NCBI GenBank assembly: GCA_018402765.1
Contig: JAGYIE010000005.1
Span: 17,082 to 81,081, forward strand
DNA: 64,000 bases
Direction of reading: 5' to 3'
From: Vicingaceae bacterium
Lineage (GTDB): Bacteria; Bacteroidota; Bacteroidia; Flavobacteriales_E; Vicingaceae
The notes under the pieces were generated by a model. The model was given only the letters and a program-made list of their open reading frames with translations. It did not search any database and was not told the origin of the DNA. Positions within the stretch are counted from its first letter, which is position 1; each line of letters begins with the position of its first letter. Positions 27,586 to 38,688 of the stretch are shown here, in pieces. Both the position numbers and the translations under genes were made by a program.

Positions 27586-30500
27586 ATGCGAAAATTAATT
27601 ACTCATTTTATCAAATATCCTGTAGCAGGTAATATTATCATTTTAGCCTTTGCAATTTTGGGTTATATGGGAATGAAAAGCATGAAGTCAAGCTTTTTCC
27701 CATTGCAAGATGCTAAATTGATAAATATTTCTGTAGTATATCCTGGGGCTTCACCACAAGAAATTGAGGAAGGTGTTGTTTTGAAAATTGAAAATAACCT
27801 AAGAGGATTACTCGGAATAGATCGCTTTACGTCATCATCATCTGAAAATGCAGGATCCATTATTGTGGAGGCTGAAAAAGGCTACGATATAGATGTCCTT
27901 TTGGCTGATGTAAAAAATGCTGTAGATAAAGTGCCTTCCTTTCCTGCGGAGATGGAACCACCTGTGGTAGCTAAACAAGAGACACTTAGTAAAGCGATAA
28001 CAATGGTAATCACAGGAAACTCCATTGATTTACTAACGTTAAAAACGATGGCTCGACAAGTAGAGTCAGAATTAAGAGCGATAGATGGGATTTCTCAAGT
28101 AGAAATTAGTGGATTCCCTGATGAAGAAATCGTAATTGCTATTGATGAAACAATACTTCGCCAATACAATTTAACTTTTCAAGAAGTATCTCAAGCTGTT
28201 GCACAGACCAATTTGTTAATTACGGGAGGCTCAGTTAAAACAAAAGAAGAAGAGTACCTCATTCGTTTAAGAAATAGAGCTTATTATGCTAAGGAATTAG
28301 AAAACATTGTCATAAAAGCCTTTCCAAATGGTTCACAAATAAAATTAACAGACGTAGCAAAAGTATCCGATACCTGGTCAGAAACGCCGAATAGATCTTA
28401 TTTTAATGGAAATCCTTCCATAACAATTGATGTAAGCACTACAAATACGGAAGATTTTATAGATGCAGCGAATAAAACATTGGTTTATGTAGAAGCGTTT
28501 AATGAGCGAAATCAAAATGCGAGTATTGAGGTTACCAGTAACCGAACAATTACCGTAATTCAACGAACTGAATTGCTAGTTACCAATGGAATACAGGGAG
28601 TAATATTAGTATTATTTTTTCTTTCCTTATTTCTTCGCCCTAGATTGGCTGCTTGGGTGGCATTTGGATTACCGATTTCTTTCTTAGGAATGTTCATGGT
28701 TGTTAATTATCTGGATGTAACAATCAACGTTCTTTCGCTATTCGGTATGATCATCGTTATCGGAATTTTGGTGGATGATGGAATTGTTATCGCCGAAAAC
28801 ATATATCAGCATTTTGAAAAAGGAAAAACACGGATACAAGCTGCTATCGATGGCACATTGGAAGTTGTTCCAGCAATTACCTCTGCTATCCTAACAACCA
28901 TGATTGCTTTCAGTACTTTCTTTTATTTAGATGGTCGTATTGGAGAGTTTTTCATGGAGGTGACCATAGTAGTATTGTTAACCTTGGGTTTTTCTCTGCT
29001 CGAAGCATTTATAATTTTGCCTGCGCATATAGCACACTCGAAAGTATTGACGGTTAGTCAGAAAACATATCGATTTAATGTTTGGGGCGATAAAATGATG
29101 GCGTTTATGCGCGATAAAATTTATACCCCTCTATTACTTTGGTCATTAAAATATAAACCTATCGCATTTTCTATTTTAGTTGCATTACTTATGATAACTA
29201 TAGGAGCGATGAAGGGTGGAGTGATAAAAGGAACTTTTTTCCCAGCGATAGCGAGTGATCAGGTGACGGTAAATCTAACAATGCCACAAGGAGTAAACCC
29301 CGCAGAAACTGACTCGCTAATTTCAATTGTAGAAGCCGCCGTTTGGGAAGTAAACAAGGAGCTTTCTGAAAAGCAGGGTGACGGAAAGCAAGTAGTGGAG
29401 AATGTAATTAAAAAGTTAGGACCTGGGACAGCCTCTGCATCACTTACTTTAAACTTATTGCCTGGCGAGTTTAGAAAAGTTGCATCTACGGATGCTGCAG
29501 GAGCAATCTTTGAAAAAGTAGGGAGCTTTCCATCTGCCGAAAGTTTAGTGATTGATGGTGGGTCAAATTTTGGCGGTAAGCCTGTGTCTGTATCTTTACT
29601 AGGATACAATATTGAAGAGTTAAAGGCTGCAAAAGTGGAATTAAAACAGCGTTTAAATGAAAATCCGCTACTGAGAGATATTTTAGATAATGATCCGCAA
29701 GGAATCAAGGAGATATCGCTAGAAATGAAAGATGTTGGTTATAGCCTTGGAATGACATTGAATAGCCTCATGGCTCAGGTTAGAAGTGGATTTAATGGAT
29801 TGCAAGTACAACGATTTCAGCGTGGAGAAGATGAGGTGATTGTATGGGTACGGTATGATATTGAAGGCAGATCCTCTATTCAAGACTTAGAAGAGATGAG
29901 AATAGTTACCCCTCAAGGTAACCGAGTTCCATTAAAGGAATTGGCCAACTACACCATTGAAAGAGGAGAAATTTCAATTAATCACTTGGACGGAAAACGA
30001 GAAATTAAAGTAGAGGCTGATTTAAAAAATCCAAAAGAAAGTGCTGCAGCGATAGTTGAACAGATTAGAACAGAGATTATGCCTGAGCTAATTAATAAGT
30101 ATCCAAGTATTTCTGCTTTGTATGAGGGCCAAAATCGAGAGGCAGGAAAAGTTCAAGGGTCCGCAATGAATATTTTTCCAATTATTCTCTTGCTGATTTA
30201 TATTGTTATTGCTTTCACTTTCCGCTCTTATAGTCAACCCCTTTTGCTATTGATTATGATTCCTTTTGCCTTCATTGGCGTGGGTTGGGGGCATTATATT
30301 CATGATTTTCCGGTAAATATTTTATCATTATTGGGGATAATAGCTTTGATTGGTATAGTCGTTAATGATGGACTAGTGTTTATCGCTAAGTTTAATGGTT
30401 TTCTCAAAGAAGGTTTGAACTATGATGAGGCATTAATTGCTGCCGGAACTTCACGCTTTAGAGCAATATTCTTGACCTCTATTACAACTATTGCAGGATT

Positions 30501-30744
30501 ATCACCATTAATTTTTGAAACGAGTCGGCAAGCTCAATTTTTAATTCCGATGGCCATATCCATAGCTTACGGAATAGCTATAGCAACAGTTTTAACCCTT
30601 GTTATGCTCCCCATGCTATTGTCTTTAAGCAATGGAGCTAAAGTATATCTTCTATGGCTGTGGGAAGGAGAGAAGCCTGAAAAAGAGTCTGTAGAGCGCG
30701 CAATAAAAGAAATAGAATCTCAAAGCGAAGCAAATGAATTATAA
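27586..30744 (+). CDS. RND efflux permease (AcrB/AcrD/AcrF family)
   Basis: 1052 aa; GILVDDGIVIAENIY; GIVVNDGLV; RFRAIFLTSITT. Confidence 0.95.
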   Translation: MRKLITHFIKYPVAGNIIILAFAILGYMGMKSMKSSFFPLQDAKLINISVVYPGASPQEIEEGVVLKIENNLRGLLGIDRFTSSSSENAGSIIVEAEKGYDIDVLLADVKNAVDKVPSFPAEMEPPVVAKQETLSKAITMVITGNSIDLLTLKTMARQVESELRAIDGISQVEISGFPDEEIVIAIDETILRQYNLTFQEVSQAVAQTNLLITGGSVKTKEEEYLIRLRNRAYYAKELENIVIKAFPNGSQIKLTDVAKVSDTWSETPNRSYFNGNPSITIDVSTTNTEDFIDAANKTLVYVEAFNERNQNASIEVTSNRTITVIQRTELLVTNGIQGVILVLFFLSLFLRPRLAAWVAFGLPISFLGMFMVVNYLDVTINVLSLFGMIIVIGILVDDGIVIAENIYQHFEKGKTRIQAAIDGTLEVVPAITSAILTTMIAFSTFFYLDGRIGEFFMEVTIVVLLTLGFSLLEAFIILPAHIAHSKVLTVSQKTYRFNVWGDKMMAFMRDKIYTPLLLWSLKYKPIAFSILVALLMITIGAMKGGVIKGTFFPAIASDQVTVNLTMPQGVNPAETDSLISIVEAAVWEVNKELSEKQGDGKQVVENVIKKLGPGTASASLTLNLLPGEFRKVASTDAAGAIFEKVGSFPSAESLVIDGGSNFGGKPVSVSLLGYNIEELKAAKVELKQRLNENPLLRDILDNDPQGIKEISLEMKDVGYSLGMTLNSLMAQVRSGFNGLQVQRFQRGEDEVIVWVRYDIEGRSSIQDLEEMRIVTPQGNRVPLKELANYTIERGEISINHLDGKREIKVEADLKNPKESAAAIVEQIRTEIMPELINKYPSISALYEGQNREAGKVQGSAMNIFPIILLLIYIVIAFTFRSYSQPLLLLIMIPFAFIGVGWGHYIHDFPVNILSLLGIIALIGIVVNDGLVFIAKFNGFLKEGLNYDEALIAAGTSRFRAIFLTSITTIAGLSPLIFETSRQAQFLIPMAISIAYGIAIATVLTLVMLPMLLSLSNGAKVYLLWLWEGEKPEKESVERAIKEIESQSEANEL

Positions 30745-32035
30745 GATTACAATAGCTATTTTATTCATTTTATTAGGAATGAATACTGGGGCGCAAAGCG
30801 TATTAAGTTTTGAAAAAGCATTAGAATTAACATTGGCAAATAATTATGCTATTTCAATGGCGAAAGTAAATCAAGAGATAGCGGTCAACAATGCAAGTAA
30901 AGCAAACAATGACTTTTTACCTACAGTTTCTGCTTCAGGGGCATATAATTGGACTTACTTTGATGGGGAAAACAGGCTTATAACTGAAACTCGACAATTT
31001 GATGCCAACAATTCGTATAACTACAACGCGACAGCTAGCGTTAGTTATACATTATTTAATGGTTTTAGTAGAAGGTATACATATTTGCAAAATCAAGAAA
31101 CAGCTATTTTATCGCAGTTACAACTGCAATTAGTTGTTCAGAACACAGTAGTAGAATTAGCCACTATATTTCATGAAGTTGCTCGTTTAGAAGAGAATAT
31201 TGATTTTTTAACTACATCAGTAACCATTTCAAAAGATCGATTAGATCGAGCCGAGTATCAATATGAATATGGCCAAGCCAAAAAACTGGATGTGTTAAAT
31301 GCTAAAGTAGACCTAAATACTGATAGTATTAACTTAATTAATGGATTGCTGCAATTCGAGAATGCTAAAAGAGACCTTAATTTTATTATGGGTCAGGATG
31401 TTACCGCAGACATACGTGTTGATAATGCAATTTCAATTCGAAATGATCTGACTCGCAATGAAGTAGTGTTATCTGCCGAAAGTCAGAACCTTGAATTGAG
31501 AATAAATTCAAATAACTTAAAGATTAATCAATATGCAATTGTAGCCTCAAAATCAATATGGATGCCAAGTGTAAATGCAAATGCCGGCTATCAATATAGA
31601 GGAACAGATGACCCAAATGGGGCATTTTTGATTGGTTCTAACAATTATGGTCCTCAAGCGGGCGTCTCTCTAAACTGGTCTTTATTCAATGGATCAAATC
31701 AAACCCAAATTAAGAATGCAAAACTCAATTTAATTAACCAGCAAATTGAAAAGAAATCGTTGACTCAGCAAATTAAGTCTTTAGCATTGAACAGTTTTAC
31801 TACGTATAAAAATCAATTGTACATATTGAATTCTCAAGCTGATAATGTCGCAACTGCTAAGGATAACTTCAATAGAAGTAAAGACGCGTTTGCTCTTGGC
31901 CTCATCAATTCTATTGAGTTTAGACAAGCACAGTTGAATTTGTTAAATGCCGAACAGGCTTTAAGCAGTGCGAAGTATGATGCTAAAAATGCAGAGTTTC
32001 AAGTTTTGGCTGTTATGGGAAAATTAGTAGAGTAG
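30734..32035 (+). CDS. TolC family outer membrane channel
   Basis: signal peptide; LSFEKALELTLANN; FLPTVS; operon position. Confidence 0.92.
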   Translation: MNYKITIAILFILLGMNTGAQSVLSFEKALELTLANNYAISMAKVNQEIAVNNASKANNDFLPTVSASGAYNWTYFDGENRLITETRQFDANNSYNYNATASVSYTLFNGFSRRYTYLQNQETAILSQLQLQLVVQNTVVELATIFHEVARLEENIDFLTTSVTISKDRLDRAEYQYEYGQAKKLDVLNAKVDLNTDSINLINGLLQFENAKRDLNFIMGQDVTADIRVDNAISIRNDLTRNEVVLSAESQNLELRINSNNLKINQYAIVASKSIWMPSVNANAGYQYRGTDDPNGAFLIGSNNYGPQAGVSLNWSLFNGSNQTQIKNAKLNLINQQIEKKSLTQQIKSLALNSFTTYKNQLYILNSQADNVATAKDNFNRSKDAFALGLINSIEFRQAQLNLLNAEQALSSAKYDAKNAEFQVLAVMGKLVE

Positions 32036-32412
32036 GGTTAAAAAGCAATTAGCAGAAGAGTTTTCACAGCCTTGAAATTTTAGTTCATTTCGGACCCTGC
32101 CCGTCCCCGTTCAAAAGGAGTGAAGCCAAAAGAATATATTGAAAAAAATCATTTTTGTAATAATTGATTGTTATTTTATTTTCTGTTGATAATTAGGTAG
32201 TTAAAAGAATAAATCTACCTGAGGCAAGTAGGTGTCTTCATTTTGTTTCCTTTGTCTCTCCCTATTTAAAATTCTGTAAAACAAAAGAATAGATTGCACA
32301 ATATCTTTTGGATAGAACTATATGCTATTTAATATATTGTTATGAATAAGGTTATGTCTTCGGCAATATAAAAAGCAGGAATTCCTTACCTTCGAGCTTC
32401 AAATTTCACTTT

Positions 32413-34839
32413 ATGAAAACAATACAATTTCTTTTTACTTTACTTTTATTTTGTTTATTTTCTATATCCTCTCCTGCTCAGAAAAGAAAGAGGAAGGATA
32501 AAGAGAAGATTGAGAAAGTTGCTCCTGCTAGTAAAACTGATATAAGTAAGTATGCTGAGGTCATTACCAAAAAAGCACAAAGTGATAGTGGCCTTTTTGT
32601 AGTTCATCAAATAGATGAAAACTATTATTTTGAAATTCCTTTTAGCTTACTAGAGCGCGACTTATTGTTGGTTTCAAGGATTGCAAAAATACCTGCAGAT
32701 CTTGGAGGTGGCTATTTAAACGCTGGCTCCAAAACGAATGAACAAGTAATCAGATGGTCTAAGGTTAATAATTCCATTCATCTAAAATCGGTTTCTTTTA
32801 ATAGTGTTGCCGATAAGGAATTGCCCATCTTTCAGTCTGTTTCTGATAATAACCATTCACCTGTTTTAGCAGCTTTTAAAATACTTACTTTCAATGCAGA
32901 TTCTACGGCTGCTGTAATTAAAGTAAATGATCTATTTCTTACCGATATCAATGCCCTGAGCGGACTTTCTCCCTCCATGCGGAAACAGTATCAGGTTAAA
33001 AGTTTAGATGCTTCTAGAAGTTTTATTAATCAAATCAAGAGTTTTCCTGAAAATATAGAAGTACGGCATGACATGACGTATTCTGCAGCTCAGCCTCCAT
33101 CTGACTTTCGGAGTGGCACCATTTCTATGCAAATGAGCCAATCGATGTATTTATTGCCTGAAATTCCAATGCAGCCACGCTTGTATGATAAAAGAGTAGG
33201 GTGGTTTACCATCAGTCAAATAGATTATGGCTCAGAGGCATTAAAAGCAGACCAGAAAACGTACATCAGAAGATGGCGACTAGAACCTAAAGATAAAGAG
33301 GCATACGAAAGAGGAGAACTAGTAGAACCTATTAAACCTATTGTTTACTATTTAGATCCTGCAACCCCTGACCGATGGCGTCCTTATTTTCGCCAAGGTA
33401 TAGAAGATTGGCAAGTAGCCTTTGAGGCAGCAGGTTTTAAAAACGCTATCATCGCAAAAGATGCACCTACCACAGAAGAAGATCCTGATTGGAGTCCAGA
33501 AGATGCTAGATATTCTACAGTAAGATACGTGGCGACTACTACAAGAAACGCTATGGGACCAAGCGTAAGCGACCCTCGTTCTGGAGAAATAATAGAAAGT
33601 GATATTGTTTGGTATCACAATCATTTGAGGTCATATAGGAACCGATATTTATTAGAAACTGGTGCAGCTAATGAGCCTGCAAGAACGCTAAATACCGCTG
33701 AAGAGGAAATTGGAGAAATGATGCGAATGGTGATTTCTCATGAAATTGGTCACGCATTAGGATTACCACACAATATGAAAGCCAGTTATGCTTATCCTAC
33801 AGACTCATTACGGTCACCAAGCTTTACTAAAAAGTGGGGATTGGCCTCTACTTTAATGGATTACACGCGATATAACTATGTAGCTCAGCCTGGTGATGGC
33901 GATGTAAGATGGGTAAGAATGTTAGGGCCATACGATAGTTATGCCATTAATTGGGGCTACCGATTTATTCAAGCAGCGACTTCAGCAGAGGAAGAAAAGC
34001 CAACCTTAAATCAGTGGATACTAGAAAAGGCCGGAGATCCTGTGTATTTATTTGGAGGATATAATAATTTTGATCCAAGTTCTCAGACAGAGTCAGTAGG
34101 TGACGACCCCGTAAAAGCAAGTACTTATGGATTAAGTAACTTAAAAATAGTTGCGAAGAATTTAAATAAGTGGACAGCTACACCAAATGAAGGCTATGAA
34201 GATTTGGAAGAATTGTACGGAGAGTTAATTGGTGTTTGGTCGAGGTATGTAGGTCATGTGGTTACTGTAATTGGTGGAGTGTACGAAGAGTTTCTAACGA
34301 CTAATCAAAATGGCCAAGTATATACTCACCTAGAAAAAAAGCAGCAAAAAGAAGCCATGAACTTTTTAATCGATCATGTATTTGTATCATCTGAATGGCT
34401 GACACCAAAAGATATTGTTCAAAATATTGGTCCATCTGGGAGTTTTGAAAAGTTACAGAACATGCAAAAAAGACAGCTGAAAAAGTTGCTGAATGCAGAC
34501 CGAATGTTTCGAATGATTGAAAACGAAGAGCTCAATGGATCAAATGCATATGAACTGTCCGAAATGTTTGCTGATTTAAGAAAAGGACTTTGGTCTGAGT
34601 TGCCTATTTTGAAAAAGATAGATGCAAACCGAAGAAGTATTCAGCGAAGTGAGGTGTTGATTTTAGGAGAGTTAGTAGATGAAAAATCCGGTACCGATGT
34701 GCAAGCGATAGCTCGAGCAGAATTGATGAAAATTCAAGCATTAGCAAAAAGCAAAGCAAACAGCTATTCGGACGGATTAGAGCGCTATCATTTGCAGGAT
34801 ATCGTAGCTTTGGTAGATGAGCTATTGGATTTGAAGTAG
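32413..34839 (+). CDS. Zinc-dependent metalloprotease (DUF5117/DUF5118/EcxA-type)
   Basis: signal peptide; HEIGHALGLPHN zinc motif; IKPIVYYLDPATP; DPRSGEIIESD. Confidence 0.9.
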   Translation: MKTIQFLFTLLLFCLFSISSPAQKRKRKDKEKIEKVAPASKTDISKYAEVITKKAQSDSGLFVVHQIDENYYFEIPFSLLERDLLLVSRIAKIPADLGGGYLNAGSKTNEQVIRWSKVNNSIHLKSVSFNSVADKELPIFQSVSDNNHSPVLAAFKILTFNADSTAAVIKVNDLFLTDINALSGLSPSMRKQYQVKSLDASRSFINQIKSFPENIEVRHDMTYSAAQPPSDFRSGTISMQMSQSMYLLPEIPMQPRLYDKRVGWFTISQIDYGSEALKADQKTYIRRWRLEPKDKEAYERGELVEPIKPIVYYLDPATPDRWRPYFRQGIEDWQVAFEAAGFKNAIIAKDAPTTEEDPDWSPEDARYSTVRYVATTTRNAMGPSVSDPRSGEIIESDIVWYHNHLRSYRNRYLLETGAANEPARTLNTAEEEIGEMMRMVISHEIGHALGLPHNMKASYAYPTDSLRSPSFTKKWGLASTLMDYTRYNYVAQPGDGDVRWVRMLGPYDSYAINWGYRFIQAATSAEEEKPTLNQWILEKAGDPVYLFGGYNNFDPSSQTESVGDDPVKASTYGLSNLKIVAKNLNKWTATPNEGYEDLEELYGELIGVWSRYVGHVVTVIGGVYEEFLTTNQNGQVYTHLEKKQQKEAMNFLIDHVFVSSEWLTPKDIVQNIGPSGSFEKLQNMQKRQLKKLLNADRMFRMIENEELNGSNAYELSEMFADLRKGLWSELPILKKIDANRRSIQRSEVLILGELVDEKSGTDVQAIARAELMKIQALAKSKANSYSDGLERYHLQDIVALVDELLDLK

Positions 34840-34968
34840 GTAATCCACATCGCACCACACAGTAAACTTTAACAACCAACTAGCAATTCATATACAAAAC
34901 TAATACAATACATCAATCTTTTAGTTGAATAAGTAATCGGTGATACAGAATAAACGCAGTACTTTCAC

Positions 34969-34976
34969 TAACTTTG
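34969..34976 (+). promoter_or_regulatory. -7 promoter element of ssrA
   Basis: TAACTTTG 11 nt before the mature tmRNA 5' end. Confidence 0.65.
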
Positions 34977-34987
34977 TCTATGCTTTT

Positions 34988-35382
34988 GGGGCCGACCGGT
35001 TTCGACAGCGAGAAGGATTTATAGGTAAGCATGTCGAGCTTTGAGTTTTTGGCTCGTTAAAACTAATGCTAAACTTTCGCTAAACGGCGAGAACAACTAC
35101 GCGCTTGCGGCTTAATACTCGATAGAGATTAATCCTAATTCTGCAACTAGGTTGTAGAACAAGCTAAGCCTCCAGAGATTTTGCTCGGTAATCTTTGGAA
35201 TAGGCTTATCAGACTATTGAGCTAGCGGACTAAGCGCTTCGATTGGTTTGCGAAACTAAAGAAGATAAGGTTTGAAGAGGTCGTTTTTAGCCATTTCACT
35301 CCCGACAATTAAGTAAAGACTACACATGTAGAAAGCTTATCGGTTCCTCGTTTGGACGAGGGTTCGACTCCCTCCGGCTCCA
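34988..35382 (+). ncRNA. ssrA: tmRNA, tag peptide (A)GENNYALAA at 35086-35115
   Basis: 5' GGGGCCGACCGGTTTCGACAG; 3' T-arm GAGGGTTCGACTCCCTCCGGCTCCA; tag ORF ggc gag aac aac tac gcg ctt gcg gct taa. Confidence 0.97.
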
Positions 35383-35394
35383 CAAAACAGTTTT

Positions 35395-35428
35395 AAGCCT
35401 TAGCGAAATTCGCTAGGGCTTTTTTTTT
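35395..35428 (+). terminator. ssrA intrinsic terminator
   Basis: AAGCCTTAGCGAA-A-TTCGCTAGGGCTT followed by a T run. Confidence 0.85.
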
Positions 35429-35572
35429 GGAGAAATTTTAATATATTTATCTTATAACTAGCTATTAATCAAAATTAAATAACGATTCCATCGCTACTCA
35501 GCCTAACTTTCTTGCTTTTTTCTTTTTCAGCAACCAATTCTTCATCTTTACTGGTTAAGCCTAATCGCTTTT

Positions 35573-35761
35573 TTACTTCAAATAAAGTAATCCAACCATA
35601 TATTTTAAAGATTTATCAGTATCTATAGCGCGTATAGGGGTTGTGCTAACTTTGCTCAGTACTGCTTTAATTTCAGTACTGTCTGATAACTGAGTTGTTT
35701 TTTGAGCTTTTGTGGTAAAGCTAAGGCCTATAAATAGTATAAAAAATATATAACGTATCAT
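35573..35761 (-). pseudogene. Short signal-peptide-bearing ORF, probable gene remnant
   Basis: MIRYIFFILFIGLSFTTKAQ looks like a Bacteroidota Sec signal, but only about 43 residues follow; track ORF starts at 35905. Confidence 0.35.
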
Positions 35762-35845
35762 CAATTCGGAAAAGCTGGTTATCTTGTTTAGGATAATGCA
35801 AAGTATTAAAATCTTGGAAAAGACAGCTACAAAAACAAAGGAAAA

Positions 35846-36082
35846 ATGAAAAACTGTTATTTTGAACTTAATGAGGAACATATATATTGCCCAAAATGTA
35901 GTCAAAAGGTTGCTTTGTCATATAAACTGCGAGAGCTTTTCTCTCATTTTTTAAACGACTATTTTACATTCGACTCTAAAATTGGTCGAAGTATAATGCC
36001 ATTACTAACAAAACCGGGTTACTTAACTGAACAATTTTTAGCAGGCAGACGGGAAAAGTATATACAGCCTTTAAGGCTCTAA
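35846..36082 (+). pseudogene. Truncated DUF3667-family gene
   Basis: YCPKCSQK...FLNDYFTFDSKIGRSIMPLLTKPGYLTEQFLAGRREKYIQPLRL then stop; the usual downstream TM part is missing. Confidence 0.65.
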
Positions 36083-36352
36083 ATAATTAGGTTAAAAGAT
36101 ATATAAACGAGATAACTAGCAAATAGCTATTCAATACATAGTAACCTATTTACGTAAAAGTTAAGCTTAATACTTCGTATAATATTCCTATAAAAAATTA
36201 GGCACTTCATTTTCATTCCACTATTATTAAAGATAATTGGAAAATGACTTTTTTAAAAGTTGGGATATTGGGCATTCTTTACTCATTACTTTTAATCTGT
36301 TCTACATTTATATTGTTCGCCTTGAGCATAAATGATTAAATTCGTAAACTAA

Positions 36353-37567
36353 ATGAAAAGCATGAAAATAGGTATTATCAGAGAAGGTAAAACTCCTCCT
36401 GACAAAAGAGTTCCGTTTACGCCTGAACAGTGTAAGCTCATAAAAGTGAGGTATCCACAATTGGATTTAGTTGTTCAAGAGAGTCCAAATAGGGCCTTTA
36501 AAGATCAGCAATATAGAGATGCAGGAATAAAAGTCGTTGCTGATATTTCAGATGCAGATGTTATTTTCGGAGTAAAAGAGGTGCCTATTCACATGCTTCA
36601 CCCTGATAAAACACATTTTTTCTTTTCTCATACCATCAAGGAGCAGCCGTACAATAGAGATTTACTGCTTGCCATGATGGATAGAAATATCAAAATGGTA
36701 GATTACGAATGCTTAACGAATAAGAAAGGAAAGCGTTTAGTAGGTTTCGGCAGATACGCAGGAATTGTAGGAACCTATAATGGTTTATTAGCTTATGGAA
36801 AAACAACTAAACGTTTTAATCTGAAGCCGGCCCACTTATGTGAGGATAGAGTTGAAATGGAAAGTGAGCTAAGCAACATTACATTACCTTCAAATTTTAA
36901 AATTGTTATTACGGGGACTGGAAGAGTAGGTAAGGGCGCCTTAGAGGTAATTGATAAATTAAACATTAAGGAAGTAGCTGTTTCAGACTTTTTAAATATC
37001 GAATATACAGAGCCTGTTTACACTGTTTTAGGTGTAAAGCATTACAATAAACGATTAGATGGATTGGAATTCAAAACAAGTGAGTTTTATGAATCTCCAG
37101 AACTTTTTGAAAGCAATTTTTATCGCTTTGCCCAAGTGGCCGATCTGTATATTCCTTGCCATTATTGGGATTCAGAAGCTCCATTTATCATCACAAAGGA
37201 GGATATGAAAAAGCCCGACTTTAAAATTAGAACAATTGCAGATATTAGTTGCGATATTGACGGACCTATAGCTTCAACTGTGCGTCCTTCAACAATTGCT
37301 GATCCGATCTATTACGTGAATAGATTAACAGGTGAAGAAACTACTGAACTAAAAGCAGACACAATTACCGTAATGGCTGTAGACAATCTACCATGCGAAT
37401 TACCAAAAGATGCCTCAGAAGATTTTGGAGAAGAGCTAATCAATAATATTTTACCCAATTTACTTGGAACAGATAATGATCGAATTATTTATAGAGCAAC
37501 AATTACAGAGCGAGGTGAGCTAAACAGTGAGTATGATTATTTAAAAGGTTATGCTGAAGGAAATTAA
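36353..37567 (+). CDS. AlaDh/PNT-fold NAD(P) oxidoreductase, saccharopine dehydrogenase/LKR-like
   Basis: IGIIREGKTPPDKRVPFTP; GVKEVP; FFFSHTIKEQPYN; ADISCDIDGPI; VMAVDNLPCELP. Confidence 0.82.
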   Translation: MKSMKIGIIREGKTPPDKRVPFTPEQCKLIKVRYPQLDLVVQESPNRAFKDQQYRDAGIKVVADISDADVIFGVKEVPIHMLHPDKTHFFFSHTIKEQPYNRDLLLAMMDRNIKMVDYECLTNKKGKRLVGFGRYAGIVGTYNGLLAYGKTTKRFNLKPAHLCEDRVEMESELSNITLPSNFKIVITGTGRVGKGALEVIDKLNIKEVAVSDFLNIEYTEPVYTVLGVKHYNKRLDGLEFKTSEFYESPELFESNFYRFAQVADLYIPCHYWDSEAPFIITKEDMKKPDFKIRTIADISCDIDGPIASTVRPSTIADPIYYVNRLTGEETTELKADTITVMAVDNLPCELPKDASEDFGEELINNILPNLLGTDNDRIIYRATITERGELNSEYDYLKGYAEGN

Positions 37568-37609
37568 TCAAAGCGTACACTTGATATAATAACGATATGA
37601 TTGTAAACT

Positions 37610-37644
37610 AAAAACGCCCCGAACAAATTTGTTTGGGGCGTTTT
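37610..37644 (+). terminator. Intrinsic terminator, potentially bidirectional
   Basis: AAAACGCCCCGAACAAATTTGTTTGGGGCGTTTT. Confidence 0.8.
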
Positions 37645-37954
37645 GATTTTGTATTATTTTACACTACTGTCCGATAAAAAATAAAAGTATATCGAATTAA
37701 AATAAATATTTAGAACATATCTAATTTTAAATCAATTCATTATTCATTAAAAATGAAGAATCTATTTAATAAACATTAGATTGGGGCTTTAATGTGGCTT
37801 TTCTTTCTTTTTAAGGTCACATTGAACTAACCTTTCCGGTTTCTCTAAAGATTCATTTTATTTTCCAAAAACAAATATTCAAGGGACATTATTAAAATTA
37901 GCACTTGTTTTCAATTCGAAATTTTAATCGGACAACAATGATTATTTTATCTAT

Positions 37955-38611
37955 TTAGAATTTTAAGTCTTTCAATCCTTTAATAGTTTTCTCAGGATTA
38001 TCAGAACCAAAAACATAACTGCCTGCTACTAAAACATCAGCACCACATTCTACTAATTTTGCAGCATTTTGATTACTTACGCCACCATCAATTTCTATGA
38101 GGGCTGAGCTATTCTTTTTGGTGATCAAGGCTTTTAAAGCTTTTACTTTATCGTAGGTGTTTTCTATAAATGATTGGCCTCCAAATCCAGGATTCACTGA
38201 CATTAGGCACACTAAATCAATATCTTGAATAATATCTTCTAATAAATGAATAGGGGTGTGAGGGTTTAAAGCTACACCCGCTTTCATTCCTTCAGCTTTG
38301 ATTGCTTGTATGGTTCTATGCAAGTGTGTACAGGCCTCATAGTGTACGGTTAATATATCTGCTCCTGCTGATTTAAAATCTTTAATGTATTTGTCTGGTT
38401 CTACAATCATCAAATGAACATCAAATGTCTTTTTAGCGTGCTTTTTGATTGCGCTAATTATAGGTAAGCCAAATGAAATGTTCGGTACAAATACACCATC
38501 CATTACGTCAATATGATAGTAATCCGCTTGACTATTGTTAATCAATTCACATGCGGGTAGAAGGTTGGCAAAATCTGCTGATAATATAGATGGAGCAATT
38601 AAGTGAGTCAT
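37955..38611 (-). CDS. rpe: Ribulose-phosphate 3-epimerase
   Basis: IAPSILSADF; HIDVMDGVFVPN; MSVNPGFGGQ; IEIDGG; ATG at 38611 follows a -7 element TACCTTTG (38630-38623). Confidence 0.96.
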   Translation of the reverse strand: MTHLIAPSILSADFANLLPACELINNSQADYYHIDVMDGVFVPNISFGLPIISAIKKHAKKTFDVHLMIVEPDKYIKDFKSAGADILTVHYEACTHLHRTIQAIKAEGMKAGVALNPHTPIHLLEDIIQDIDLVCLMSVNPGFGGQSFIENTYDKVKALKALITKKNSSALIEIDGGVSNQNAAKLVECGADVLVAGSYVFGSDNPEKTIKGLKDLKF

Positions 38612-38688
38612 AGTTTTTTTTGCAAAGGTACTATTACAAAAAGAAAAATCCCTTTTCAAGATAGATTTGAGAAGGGATTAATGATAAT

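Noticed and set aside
32087-32130. GC-rich patch CGGACCCTGCCCGTCCCCG in an AT-rich spacer, possible IS end
   Set aside because: No partner inverted repeat, target duplication or transposase fragment seen; hairpin only 4 bp
34988-36352. Integrated element at ssrA
   Set aside because: No integrase and no duplicated ssrA 3' end in the window; only gene fragments
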